A DNA stretch of 64,000 nt. Origin: Lytechinus pictus (taxonomy: Eukaryota). The stretch is from positions 4,156,001-4,220,000 of the forward strand of contig NC_087250.1 in assembly GCF_037042905.1 (NCBI RefSeq), written 5' to 3'. The notes under the pieces are model-generated. The model had not been told where the DNA came from and searched no databases. It was given only the letters and a program-made list of their open reading frames with translations. The translations under genes were made by a program, and so were the position numbers. Positions 12,540 through 25,660 of the stretch are shown one piece after another; position 1 is the first letter of the stretch; each line of letters opens with the position of its first letter.

Positions 12540-13590
12540 GCCCTAATGATCTTTTCTGGGCCCCTTACTGTTTTTGTTATATATTAATGATATTTGCAAT
12601 TCATCTAAACTATTACATTTCATTTTATATGCTGACGACACCAAAGTCTTCATTACTAAGACAAAATTTATGACATTTACAAAGAAAAAAATGAGAAAGA
12701 TAGAGTAGAAATAAGATATAACAATTTAATTATACAATGCCTTTCATTCTTTAAATTTTTAGGAGTTTATATCATGATAAACTCTCATGGCATGAACACA
12801 TTGGTGTCGTTTGCAATCGTGTTTCTATAAAGGTGTGGGTAAATAGATTAAAATATTTTCCGCAATATATTTTGATTATGTTATGCTCTATTTTTCTCAC
12901 ATGTTTTTACTGCAATATCGATTGGTCTTCGCTTATTGTTTTATAAACATATTACTTCAGGAAAAGGCCGTGAGGATAATTTGTAATAGCTCTTATATTG
13001 CCTATACCTTGCCACTTTTTCACGATCTTCATCTACTTTGTCTGATTTAAATATGTTTAACATCGCAATATATATGTATCTTTGTACCAAATCACTTATT
13101 ACTGATTCCATATTAATGTCTAAAATTTGTCCTTAATTTTCTATTCATCAACACAATACCCGCAGTCTGTTTGATTATCATTTACCACGATTGCGTACCT
13201 CAGTTTCTCATAACTCAATTTATTTTCAAGGACCTATTATTTGGAATAATTTACCGTATTCTATATCAAAACATGCCGAACCCTTAATTCATTCAAATGT
13301 TATTAAAAATAAAATCTTTTATGTTTGTATTCTTATAATTTGCTTGTATAACTGCGCCATTTGGAATGTATGTATCCAATGTATAATATCTGTTTTTATT
13401 TGTGTTATCTGTTTTAGGAATATTTATCATCTTTGTCTTATAGATGTTGGGTCAACGCTCAATGAGGCTATCTTTTTGTTGGCCCCTCATTCTCATAAAT
13501 ACGTTTTTTTTGTGACAAAGTTTTACTTATGTACATTGTATGTTGTTCATGTTTTATTGAGAATGTAAATAAATTGAATTATTATTATTA
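12540..13590 (+). mobile_element. Decayed CR1/L2-group LINE 3' fragment (RT C-terminal part + 3' UTR)
   Basis: With a frameshift it reads LGPLL(F)..YINDICNSSKLLHFILYADDT at about 12555-12642 and FQGPIIWNNLP at about 13223; ends in a (TAT)n tail. Confidence 0.8.
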
Positions 13591-13592
13591 TT

Positions 13593-13853
13593 ACCGGTGT
13601 TTTGGCTCAGTTGGTAGAGCGTCCGTCTCACAACCGGGAGGTCGGGGGTTCAAACCCCGGCCGCGTCAGACCAAAAGACGTTAAAAGATGGGAGTTGCTG
13701 CTACCCTGTTTGGCGTTCAACGATTAAAGGGATAGAGCCTCGTCGATCTGGCGCTGCACAGCGGCTGCCGGGCCCACGATCAATTGGGCAAAGCAAATTT
13801 TCGGAGTATTTCATTTCATGTCTATTTCGAACAATAAATTATGGATTTTTCAT
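13593..13853 (+). mobile_element. tRNA-derived SINE family A
   Basis: tRNA-like head (A and B boxes) followed by a non-tRNA body shared with 3720-3979. Confidence 0.85.
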
Positions 13854-14137
13854 TATAATTATTATTATTATTTTTTTTTTTTTTTTTTTTTGGGGGGGGA
13901 AGAGCCGATAGCCCCCTATCTGTACGCCACAGAGAATACGTAGATGAAACGACTTGTTTCATGCTAATACAACTTTCAAGGTTGTCTTTTTACTCAATAA
14001 ATGTTGTTCAACTTTTTTATACGAATGACGAGAGCTGTACAGGGGAGGGTGGAATCCCTCTCGCTTAGCCTGGCGGAAATCATCGGTTATCGATGGATAG
14101 CGCCATTTTCACACTAAACTCAACCAACCAACCAATC

Positions 14138-14990
14138 ATTCTTCAGTAGTCAGTGGTAGTATTTACGCTCGACAGCAGAGATCGTTAATGACTTGCGAAA
14201 GTAGGTTAGATGATTTAATACACCATTCATATCTAATTTTGGTAAAACAAGTTTAAAAATCTTTAAGCAGAAAGCATGTTTTATAATGAAATGGGGGGGG
14301 GGTATGTGGTTATGGCACTTCTGGGGACATTTTTTTTTTATTTTTTACTTTTCACCCACAAATCATAGTTTACTATCAATATAGTCATGTAGAAATATGA
14401 ATCTTAATAAAGGGATTTTCGTTGAGTAATCTAAACATTGCTTCTTACACACACCAATACACCCACCTCTCATACATTTACCATGCTTACACACACAATT
14501 GGGACCCATAACGACAAAGTGAGGACATCTTGCGGACATGTGTACGTCCATGTTATTGTAATTCTTAATTCAATCTACACAACGGGCTCCCATATAGGAT
14601 TACCACAAAATATCTCCAGCGCAAATGAATGGCGTTTAATCTACCTTAAGATGACTTTTGACAGGTTATGCATTCGCTGTATGAAAGTGGTTTAAAGTAT
14701 TAAATTACTGAAAAGAGATTGACGTGGGTATTTTGACACGGAAGTCGGGACATTCCCGGTTGGTGGGTGAAAAGTAAAACAAAAAAAAAACCTGTCCCCA
14801 GAAGTGCAAACTCACGCCAATAACCACGTACCCCCCCCTCTTTCATTATAAAACATGCTTTCTGATGAAAGATTTTTAAACTTGCTTTACCAAAATTAGT
14901 TATAAATATGAATGGTGTATTAAATCATCTAACCTACTTTCGCAGGTCATTAATGATCTCTGCTGTCGAGCGTGAATACTACTGAAGAAT
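14138..14990. mobile_element. Foldback-type element with about 220-bp inverted arms
   Basis: About 14138-14362 is the reverse complement of about 14761-14990 (e.g. cgctcgacagcagagatc / gatctctgctgtcgagcg). Confidence 0.75.
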
Positions 14991-15463
14991 AAACAAAACT
15001 GATCAACATTTATTGCTTTGTAAAAGATGATCTATTTTATTTTTAAGAAATATATTGAAAATGTTGGTTATTGCAGTTTTTCCTCAAATTTATTTACTTC
15101 ATTCGAGATGACATATTCAATTATAAACTTCATTACAACAATAAAACATTGCTTGCTTGATTGATTGAATTTATTCTTTTTCATTTCAAATTCAAACAGA
15201 TTAACGAAGTATGTACAAAGCAGAATATGAATATCAGAAATGAAAAAGGGAACTAACTGGAAAGCAAAGCTTGTTTACGTGAGTCCCCCAAACTGATTAA
15301 AATATATCAAATATACATAGTAATTAACAAGGTTCAATAGAAAAAAATACTAATCGGTCAAGCTTTATTTTTATGTGCTATGCGAAAAGTTAATACAATC
15401 ATGACAATTTATCATACCCCTGCATGGTATACAAAAAATAAACAAACTTAGATTCAGTGCATT

Positions 15464-16641
15464 TAAAGGTCAAGTCCACCCCAGGAAAATGCTTACTTGA
15501 ATAAATAGAGACAAATCAAAGTAGCATAGTGATGAAAATATCATCAAAATCGGAAGTAAAATAAGAAAGTTATGACATTTTAAAGTTTGGCTTTATTTTT
15601 TTTTAAACAGTGATATGCAGAACGGCTAGGTGAGTCAGTCGATGATGTCCATCACTCACTATTTCTTTTGTTTTTTATTGTTTTAATTATACAATATTTC
15701 ATTTTTTATAGATTTGAAAATAAGCATAGGCGGATCCAGGGGGCCCGCCCCCCCCCCCTATTGGCGGAGCAAAAAGAAAAAAGAAAAAAGGGGGAAAGAA
15801 AGAAAAAACAGAAAAAGAAGGGAAAAGAGAGGAGAAAAAAACAAGGGGAAATGTAAAAGGAGGAAGACGAGTCAATAAAACAAGATGAGGGGGAGACTTG
15901 GAAAATAATTATTAAAAAATTTCATGTCACTATATAAAATTTTCGCTTTCATTATTTTGTTCGATTTACAAATGGATTTTTTGTTGAAATGTCTGTTTTA
16001 TGGTCTTAATATTAAAATTTTCTGCTCGCGCTGCGCGCTCGCAAAATGTAATTTGTCAGGTACCTATTATTTTCCTGTATTCCATATAGTTCTCAAGATA
16101 TCCCTATTCAGGTCAGATTGTTAAAACGTATCAGTTAGGGCTGCACGCTCGCATTTTGATTGGTGAGTGATGTATATCTCAATATTAATTCTATAACATA
16201 CTACTTAAAATCCCTATTTCATGACAATTTATCAAAAAATTCCGGCTCGCGATTTGCGCTGGCATTAAATGTTGAAAATATATTAACTCATGCATCTTAT
16301 TCATAATTACAAAAGTGCTTTAAATGTCCAGTTTTCAGGCCATAATATTATCAGATTTCATACTCTCATTAGGCTTATTAGATGAATATATTAATTTAAT
16401 AATCAAATTGTCCCTAATTCATAATGAAATATCGACAAGTTTCATCTCGCGCTTAGGAAGAGAAATGGAAAGATAGTCATCCGCATTTGCATACCAGCCA
16501 GGATGTGCATATAACTGTTTTGTGAAATTAAGCGAAACTTTAAAATGTCATAACTTTTTTATCTTACATCCGATTTCGATCAAATTTTCAGTGTTATGCT
16601 TGTTGGATTTTTCTCTTTTTATTCAAATCAACTTTTTGTTG
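15464..16641. mobile_element. Family K MITE with a nested insertion (about 15726-16480)
   Basis: ttaaaggtcaagtccacccc ... ggggaggacttgtcctttaa. Confidence 0.75.
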
Positions 16642-17032
16642 GGGAGGACTTGTCCTTTAAAATAAACTGGACAAGACTAGACGAAAAATAATTATAAGGA
16701 CAGCAAACGAAAATTAAAGACAGTGTACAAAGAAGTACGAGACAGGAAAAGACAAGACAGAAAACAAGAAACACAAAACACACTACAGAAAACAAATTAA
16801 TAAGCCTTGATGTAAAAAAAGGAGAAGAAAACTTTCAATCATTCCGTTCGAGTTTATATTTTAGCATTTCATAACACAGATATGAAATCATACAAAACTG
16901 TTTAGTTAGTTATTTAGTTCTCGATCGTGTCGTAGCATATCTTTAATATTGGATATACCACTAAATAACATATATGTCTATCGTATATCAAGTTTATGAG
17001 GTAGCAGATCTCGAATTTGACATATCATCATG

Positions 17033-17034
<2 letters not shown>

Positions 17035-17082
<48 letters not shown>
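17035..17082. repeat. (TA)n microsatellite
   Basis: Read directly. Confidence 0.95.
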
Positions 17083-17084
<2 letters not shown>

Positions 17085-17699
17085 TGCCATGAGCCTAATT
17101 ACATCAGGAGGGCTAAAGATATTCGTTCGACCCAACCCATTCGAATTTTTTAAATTTGATATTGCTGATTGACAAAAGTGTATGAATATGATTCAAAATC
17201 TAACACTGATTCTAGAAATGGTAACTATTGAACTTCCTTTGCCCAAATTGGGAAGATATATTAATGATTTGGAACTATTTTTTGACTGGCGGAAGAATTG
17301 GGGCTATTTTACTGTTTCAGTTGATGAATATGATTCCATCATAGTTATCTTCATAAATGGCGATTTATTTTTCAAATGAACAGGCTACGATACCCTTCTC
17401 TGGTCAGATATGGAATGTCAGATATATATCCTATCCAAAGGTAGTAAACATTCGACCCTCTAATTTCACATTTATTTTTTATGATTTTTTCTTAAGTGCC
17501 ATTTTAACACACAAGTCTATGGGGAATGTTTTACGCGCGTGAGACCATATATATATATATATACCATGTATATAATTTCCCGATAGATGGCGCAATGCAT
17601 GTAGGCAGGTTAGTGTTCCTGTATAGAATACAGGAACACTAAGGCAGGTGAAGCCTATGTCCGCACACCACTTATAGGTTCCGGTCATATCGGGGAGTT

Positions 17700-17830
17700 C
17701 TCCCCTGACTCGTACCTAAACTGACGTCATTCATAGATATAAATTCATTTAAAATCAATGATGCACATCTGAGAACTTTTTATCACATGAACATGGATTG
17801 GGACTATTACCGCTTCGGATAAGTCAGGTT
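17700..17830 (+). promoter_or_regulatory. Possible CHST15-like promoter / non-coding first exon
   Basis: CRE tgacgtca near 17722, TATA-like gatataaat near 17736, donor-like cag|gttaag near 17827. Confidence 0.25.
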
Positions 17831-18093
17831 AAGTAGCATCATTTTATCCTTTAAGTATTTTATAGGGATTTTGTTAGTTGCCCAAGAATACCTATCATCA
17901 CTGTTGCTGCAGCTAATTTTCCGAGTATTCTTGGTTTCAGACCCCTGCATACCGAGAAAAAAACAAGAAAACATATCATCATATTCTCAGAAAATCAAGG
18001 ATATTTGATGAACTCTTAAAAAAGAAATGATTACTTTGTCAAAATATGGTTTGGCAGTGAACTTTATTTCATTTTTGTTTTCTAGGAAGAACA

Positions 18094-18126
18094 ATGAAAG
18101 ATTTGAAGAAAATGAGACTCTATGCC
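18094..18126 (+). CDS. CHST15: Probable initiator exon of the CHST15-like gene (MKDLKKMRLYA)
   Basis: Acceptor ttttgttttctag ending at 18085, acaATG, phase-0 donor gtatgc; would supply the basic cytosolic tail before the TM helix of exon 34460. The link across 16 kb is inferred. Confidence 0.4.
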
Positions 18127-18659
18127 GTATGCTTTAATTTTCTTTAATGCAAATCCTTCGTGATACCCTTGATGTTGTTTCGTAAAACCTTGCGATGGCC
18201 ACCCTTTCCGAGACCCTTTCCTCCTTTTCCGCGACCTGTCATCTCGATGATTTTGTTTTGTTTTGTAATAGTATTTATTAAAACAATTCAGTTCAAATCA
18301 TACGATGGTATATTACAAATGTTACACTATACATCAAATAGAACACAGTTTATAAAGGCAAATAATTTGTCATAATACAGAAAATATTGTACAGAAATCA
18401 TCAGTATTTGACATATTCATATTGCAGGCGGTTAATTAAAAAAATATATAAAGTCAGCCAATCATAACCAAGAAACATTGATAAAGGTATGTTCCAGTAG
18501 TTATGCAAACAAAACAAACCCCCACCAAAGAAAACGAAGTCATATCCCATTGCTTAATGATTAATGAAACTGAAAGAAGTTATAATATAAAAATGGAGCT
18601 AGTTGTGTACGATCTTGAAGGTGTCGATCCTGTGGATTATATCCCCAATAGCAGAACAT

Positions 18660-19125
18660 TATTATACAAATAATGAATGTTTATGAGTGCAATGGACAGA
18701 ATCCTTCATGAGGTGAAAGATGAAATAATCCATTCAACGAGGCGTAGCCGAGTTGAATGGATTATTATTTCATCTTTCACCGAATGAAGTATTTTGTCCA
18801 TTGTACGAATGAAAAAAAAAAATCATTATTTGGTTTATATGACACCTTAAAAATGATTTATTTTTTTCATATGAAATTCATGAATTTCGATGCAAAACAT
18901 GCTCATGCAGTGCAAGTTCGGTCTGTTGATTGTTACGTCATTACAACATGCGCACTGTAAGGGTGCCTGCAGCTGCAGTCTCGGTGAGCGAGAGTGCAAT
19001 GGACAAAATCGTATGGATCCAAAATTGCACGATGAATGGATCCAAAATTGCACGGTTGATGACGTCATTGTAAAATGGGCTGAATGAACGATATCAAGCA
19101 ACCAATCAAATCACAAGGATCTATA
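18660..19125. mobile_element. Palindromic non-autonomous element (Crypton-associated type, tentative)
   Basis: Roughly 55-bp inverted arms around acgaggcgtagccgagt (about 18688-18805). Confidence 0.45.
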
Positions 19126-19665
19126 AATAATAATTATCACAGTAATAAGGAGTGAAAAAGATGGTAGTGACGATTATCGGATACGCATGGCCATTGATTT
19201 TTATTATTATCGCAATTTCCTTATTCTATTATCAAAGATATATATATTAAACGTTCAAGGTAATAATTGTTTTGAGATTCTGGTTGATGCCTGTGCAGGG
19301 AGGTGCATCCCTATTGCGTCATGAATCATTTTCGAATAGTTGGGAAGGAAAAATAATTTTCTCAATTTTTACGACTTGCCTTTGAATTTATTATATAGCG
19401 GCAAGCATTACAACATGGAAGCCCCCCCCCCCCCCCACGGCCCGGGAAAGGGGGACGGGGGTGCTTCACTAATTTTCGAATAAACTCATTTAAATTTACC
19501 TTAGTGGCTACGAATTTTCCTGATAATGATCACACTTTTTATATCAGGATAACATCTTACCTCCAAAGTATTGATGTCTAGGGGTGCGATTTCTACGGGT
19601 GGGTAAGTCACTGATACTACATGTAAGAGCCTTGAAGGGATGAAATACAGGAAACAACATTAGCT

Positions 19666-20277
19666 TAAAGGACAAGTCTAACCCAACAAAACGTTGATCT
19701 AAATAAAAAGAGAAAAATCCAACAAGCATAACACTGAAAATTTCATCAAAATCGGATGTAAAATAAGAAAGTTATGACATTTTAAAGTTTCGCTTAATTT
19801 CACAAAACAGTTATATTCACATCCTGGTTGATATGCAAATGAGGAGACTGATGACGTCATCCACTCACTATTTCTTTTGTATTTTATTACATGAAATAGC
19901 AAATATTTTAGTTTTCTCCTCATTGTCAAGTGAAACAGCGATTAATTCCTCCCTGAACATGTGGAATTAGCATTGTTTAATATTATATGCTTCAGTCAAG
20001 TTGGTCCTTTTTGTCAAATCTGTAAACAATTAAATATTGTACAATTCAAACAAGAAAAAAACAAAAGAAATAGTGAGTGAGGGACATCATCGTCTGTCTC
20101 ATTTGCATGTCACTGAGTTGTGCATATCACTTTTTTGAGAAAAATAAGCGAAACTTTAAAATGTCATAACTTTCTTATTTTACATCCAATTTTGATGAAA
20201 TTTTCAGCATTATGCTAGTTTGATTTTTCTCTATTTATTCAAATCAACATTTTTCCGGGGGTGGACTTGACCTTTAA
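19666..20277. mobile_element. Family K MITE, full-length copy
   Basis: ttaaaggacaagtc ... gtggacttgacctttaa; homologous to 5787-6393. Confidence 0.85.
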
Positions 20278-21344
20278 AAAGGAACAAAAGACACGACAGT
20301 GTATGTGATATAGAAGTATTTTGCCCAAGAGTCACTGCCCATGGTTTTGTTTTTCAATGACCGTGACGACCGATGTAAAATATGTAAAGGAGTCATTGCT
20401 AAACTCTTAAACAGTGGCGGATCCAAGGGGGAGGGGGGGGGGGCAGCATTTCCGGCCCACCCCCCTCTTTGAGAGTCATAGTCAACATTTTTAATGTAAA
20501 TATATCGTTCATACACAAATGTGCCCCCTCTCCTTGATAGTCACAGCAATTTTTTTTTTAATGGGGATAGGTCCTTCATAATTATACAAGTGAGGACCCT
20601 TTTTCGTTTGTCAAATTGTACGTGGGACCATTTGTAGTAACCCCCCTTTTTCTGCCTGTCCAAGTTTCCTTGGAAAATATGCCGCCGCCCCCCTTTCAAA
20701 AATCCTGGATCCGTCCCTGCTCTTTAGATCTTTAACAACGAATCAAATCACAATCAGATATCAAATATGAAAGTAATCACACTTGTTTTGTGAAAATAAG
20801 TGAAACTGGAAAATGTTTTTACTTTTTCTTCTATATCCGATTTTGATTATGCTTTCAATGTTAGGCTCTTTTATTAATTTCTGTTTAATATCAAAACAAC
20901 ATTTTGTAAACGGATACTGTTAATAATACGAGTATTTCTATCTAACCGCCAATTGCTTTATATTCATTTTAAAATCTTTCAAGATCGGGTTTAATACTGT
21001 GACAGATTTCAAATCAATATCCAGAAAATAATATCAGAGTTGTTTCCCTTTTCCTTTTTCTTCCTCGGTTTAGGAACCGAGGAGGAGGGGGGGGGGGGGG
21101 GGGGGGGGGGGGGAGTACCCAAAGCCCCCAATATCTCCAATAGTAATCATCACTTTCAACATCATTACAATTGTTATCGTAATCGTGTATCGTATTTATA
21201 CCCAAACACGACGCAAGACGGTCAGTGGAGAAAATTAAGCATATTTAAAACCAGAAATAATTAAGAACAAAAGTGAAGGACAATAACTTTCCACCAGTTA
21301 AGGTAATACTTGAATATGCCGACTGCTTTATTTACAATGATGTA

Positions 21345-21848
21345 CACTGCAAAAACTCTGGTGTTGATTAAACACCAGCCCGGAATCTATATATGTCCAC
21401 ACCAGAGAAGTGTTAAACAACACAAGTTTCGTTTTGGTCTAACACCAGATATGTGTTTGTACAACACCAATTAGTATTGGTGGCCCAGTGGATTAGTCTT
21501 CGGACTTTGAAACAGAGGGTCGTGGGTTCGAATCCCAGCCATGGCGTAATTTCCTTCAGCAAGAAACTGATCCACAGTGTGCTGCACTCAACCCAGGTGA
21601 GGTAAATGGGTACCGGTAGGAAGTAATTCCTTAAAAAGCTGTGTGCGCTATGAACGCCTAGCTTAGCCGGGTAATATAGGAGCGCCTTGAGCACCTAACA
21701 AGGTGGATATGTGCGCAATATAAATATCCTATATTATTATTATTATTATTAAAACAGCATCGGTTTTTATTCCAAACTGGTGTTGTTTCAATACTTCTCT
21801 GGTGTGGATTCCGGGCTGGTGTTAAATCAACACCAGAGTTTTGCAGTG
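21345..21848. mobile_element. CACT-terminal (EnSpm/CACTA-like) MITE containing a nested SINE
   Basis: ta|cactgcaaaaactctggtgttgat ... atcaacaccagagttttgcagtg|ta. Confidence 0.75.
21479..21750 (+). mobile_element. tRNA-derived SINE family B
   Basis: B box ggttcgaatccc, central ccaggtgaggtaaatgggtacc domain, L2-like tail and (TAT)n. Confidence 0.85.
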
Positions 21849-21996
21849 TATGGATATGTAAGGGAGTATTTCCACCTTTTCGTGCTGGTATTGCTCATGA
21901 AATTTGATACGCAGTACAAAGACATTGGAGGGTAGTTATGCACGGCAATAAAATACTTTCACGAGTATGACACCCGCTTACTTATGTACGAATGCA

Positions 21997-22866
21997 TAGG
22001 GGAAGGCGGGGTAAGTTGAGCATAGGGCCAAGTTGAGCCACCACCCCCAGGCCAATAATGAATGAGTCAGACATTGTGGTGGTGCCATGTATTGATGACC
22101 CATTGCACAACCCCTAACCCCACCACATTTTTTCAACTTTGAAACGAAAAGTACTTTTTTAGAGGAAAAGAAAAACAAATTTCAGCCAAAAAGTAAAAAA
22201 AGGGCGTGAAATAGATAAGTGCTTTTTACATGCACACGTCCTTGAATACAATAAAGACATAAGAACAACATTGTTAGTCCAGGTATGGATCTTCATTCTT
22301 GTCATAGTTTTTTACATGATGGATGCATAAGAAATGTGTGGATGCGAAACTATCGCATTAAACGGTTAGGACTGGGGCAAGTTGAGCCAACCTACGTGGA
22401 GCAAGTTGAGCCATGGTAATTCTTATGGTAATGTATATAAAAAACTAACAAACCTTAAAAGGCCATCGATATGCAGGCAGAAAGGATAACATTTACATGA
22501 CTGTTCTTTTCCTTTTAGAGGATGTTAGTGTTTATAGAGAATTAGCAAGTGAAAAGACTTAAAAAAAATGACATTTTGGTTCTTCCCCCATACATTTTGT
22601 ACTTGCATAGTTTTTGTGGCTCATCTTACCACAGTAGGTGGGTCAACTTACCCCACAAATGGGGCAAGTAGAGCCATTTGACATCTTTTTTTTTTCAAAG
22701 GTGACAGTGACTTTCAGTGTGGGGGTAGAAAGTTATATATAGGTGAAAAATATTTCAGAAGAATTAAATTTTAAGGCAAGGTACTTATTTCTACAAAATC
22801 ATTAATCATATCAATTCTAACATGCAAAAAGAAAAAAGTGTCACCACTTTCCCCCCCTTCCCTTAC
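21997..22866. mobile_element. TA-flanked non-autonomous DNA transposon with repeated subterminal GGGxAAGTTGAGC motifs
   Basis: taggggaaggcggggtaag ... ctttccccccccttcccctta; related fragment at about 35403. Confidence 0.6.
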
Positions 22867-23899
22867 ATATAAATTAAGACAAACATTTACTGACGCGGAT
22901 CGAGCTTTATTTTTTATTCGAGCGATAATTATAGGTCCAAAGTGTGAACATTTTACTGCAACACTGCAATACACATAGTAATAATTCAACACCAATTCCA
23001 ACTATTTTAGTGTCCAAGCCCCAAAAGTGTTGAGAAAATAAACACCAGTATAGAATCAACTCAGTATCTAACACCATCCGGTTTTAGCTGAAAACCAAAA
23101 TGATATCGATTTAAGTTATATACACTTCAATAATGTTGATAGATATAGATTCCCGTCTTGTGTTATGATGGGTTAACCCCGTTGGTGCAGTGTTATGCCT
23201 CTCAAGAAGACGTTCCTATACAAAAATTGCGGTATGCATTTTTAAGCTTCTTATGTTGAACAATAATTAAAGAGAGTCGACTGTATTCCCGAGTAGTTTT
23301 AAAATGGGTTTTGAAGCTTCAATAATTTCATGACCTGTTTCCTGTTATTATCCGGCTAAGGATCTTGGATTCCACGTCGGATTCTCTTTGTTAGGCATAT
23401 TCCCATCTATGCGGTGCATTCGACCTGTCCATAGTCATTCAATTATGACCAAATTGTTTAGGATATACGGAATGATGGTTTTTGCGTTGATCTATAGCCT
23501 ACTGTAGAAATATCTTGCCCTGGAAATAAAATCGTGGATCCTTCGTAGTAGCTAGGGTCTGGAAATACCCAGTGGGGTGATGCATGGTGCAGTGAAGCAA
23601 AGATATATCAAGTGGAATGACTCGCGCATGGATTGAGCTCAACAAAAGACGGATCAAAAGGACTCCATTGATACGCATATCGTTATGGACTGAATATGAG
23701 CATTCTGATTTATAAGAGGAGTCCGCTTTCGAGAGTCGATTCGCGCTTGTACTTCCAACACTCGGGTCGGTTACGCATGGTAAGGATCATAGCTCAGTCC
23801 ATTATATGGCGGTTGGGCGCGGGGATAAAGTGTCCGCAGGAGGGAGTACATAGAGGCGTTATGTTATGATCCCGCACGCCCGCGCTCGCGGCACCCTCG

Positions 23900-25400
23900 A
23901 TGCTAAAATTGTTGCCATTGGTTGCACAGGGCATCCATCGTTGATCATAAGGGGTTAAGGGACCCCGGAGATTCATTTTTCAGGTGACGGTAGCGCGCCT
24001 GATGGGCTTGCACTTGATCTATCCACGCCACGTTCATGCATGATGGCCGGATAAATACCTCCAGTATATAAAGCGTGTCTTCATTGGTGTCAACGCGTGG
24101 AATGGAATTGGAGACAGTATTGAGTTTCTTAACATTCCTGCTCTGTGAACATATATTATGAGCATCATGGCTTCGATCTGGACATGCTAGGCATCCAGGC
24201 TCATCCTTTGTGAAATGATATCGCAGGGAGAAACACAATGCATGGTTTAGTGTGATTGATTTAGACATATGTCAATGCCTACCTGCCTTGATTTATTCTA
24301 GACGGTCAACATGGTTGATGACATCAATTTTTATGATAGGCATATACATTTCAATATATGAAGATCATCAGTCATCCGTGGCCGTGGTGTGATAGAACCG
24401 GATTTCGCGTGTTCGTGGTTAGAGGTCGACAGCCAACAGAAGATTGGAACCTTGCTGGTATCACTTTCAATATCTCATATTTTGCTATCACTTGACCGGG
24501 CACTATAGTTTGACCTATACTTTATATTGGATGATTATACATGTACAACATTCGTATGGCAATCGGGAAGAGCCATATGATCACCGTATTTCACAACTAG
24601 ACCACCGTCGCTGTAGGTGGACTTGGTATCCAGGCAGAAAGTATCGGGAAAATATATGGACATTGTATCTTTTTGCGCAATCTCATTTGAAATGTACATT
24701 GAACTGCTGGTAACTGATATATTATCAACCTTTTTCCGCCACATCTGTATGATCAATGAACGCCTTATTTCGACATTTATACATGAAATGGGTAAAGCTT
24801 GAATAGAAGATTTGATGTTGATTGGTGTAATTTGCACTAGTCTATTTGAATCTTTTCCTCTCTAAGTGGGGGCAAGAAAGACTTTTCCACTATTTTACCA
24901 GGGAAAAAATGTCTGCTAATATAATAATCACAACTCTGATGACTTAGGCCTACTGCAAAGTTTGGATAATAATGATATATACGTAAATGGGAAGTACATT
25001 GACTATGCGTTAATTTATGATCACTAATAGCGAAACAGAAGATTGGAGACATGATTATCATTGATAATTTTACCTCGCATTGGACTAATATGTGACCATG
25101 GATGATGGAGTTTCTAATGATCTGGCATTACCTCGTATACTTGTTATATACCACAAGGTCTGGATGATAATGTATCAAGGGGACGAATTAATTTCATTTG
25201 CGGATGATCACCGCTGTTCACAAGCAAGGACATAGTTGGGTAACAGCAAAAGAGGAGATTGGATCCGACATTATTGTATGTGCACTATATTGCGAAGTGA
25301 CATTATGATAGTAGAATTGTTCACTATCTTAGCGTGGATGATTTGAAGTTTGGAAGATGATACATCGATTCAAAGGATAACCGTTTGAGTTGTGGTTACC
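23900..25400 (+). mobile_element. Highly decayed DIRS/Ngaro-like retrotransposon RT-RNase H remnant
   Basis: Degenerate motifs in colinear order across frameshifts: LDLSTP (about 24013), DRTGFR..PTEDWNLAGITFN..YF (24391-24483), ILDD (about 24525), VWMIMYQGDELISFADD (about 25158); composition less AT-rich than the flanks. Confidence 0.45.
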
Positions 25401-25440
25401 GCATATGGGGTAATCACACCTCACATAAGTGGTAAGAACA

Positions 25441-25660
25441 TATCTGGCGTGAGGACTTATCTCGCGTAAGGACACATTTTGCGTAAGGTAATATCTCGCG
25501 TAAGGACACATTTTGCGTAAGGTAATATCTCGCGTAAGGACATATTTCGCAAAGGACATATCTCGCGTGAGGACTTATCTCGCGTAAGGACACATTTTGC
25601 GTGAGGTAATATCTCGCGTAAGGACATATCTCGCGAAGGGCATATCTCGCGTGAGGACAA
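25441..25660. repeat. Tandem repeat of 16-17-bp ATCTCGCGTAAGGAC-type units with higher-order structure
   Basis: About 13 units alternating atctcgcgtaaggac(a) and attttgcgtaaggta. Confidence 0.9.

Noticed and set aside
13593..13670. tRNA gene candidates (also 3905-3979, 21479, 29343, 34158)
   Set aside because: The tRNA-like heads continue into shared SINE bodies and tails and lack a clean acceptor stem and terminator, so they are SINEs.
23945..24837. Minus-strand ORFs (107 and 100 aa) as a piggyBac or viral protein; plus-strand CWYHF as a MULE motif
   Set aside because: Only isolated weak resemblances; the colinear plus-strand DIRS/Ngaro-like motif series explains the region better, though that too is unconfirmed.
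25441..25660. CRISPR-like array (also considered for 39110-39560)
   Set aside because: No unique spacers of uniform length, no cas genes, and a eukaryotic context.
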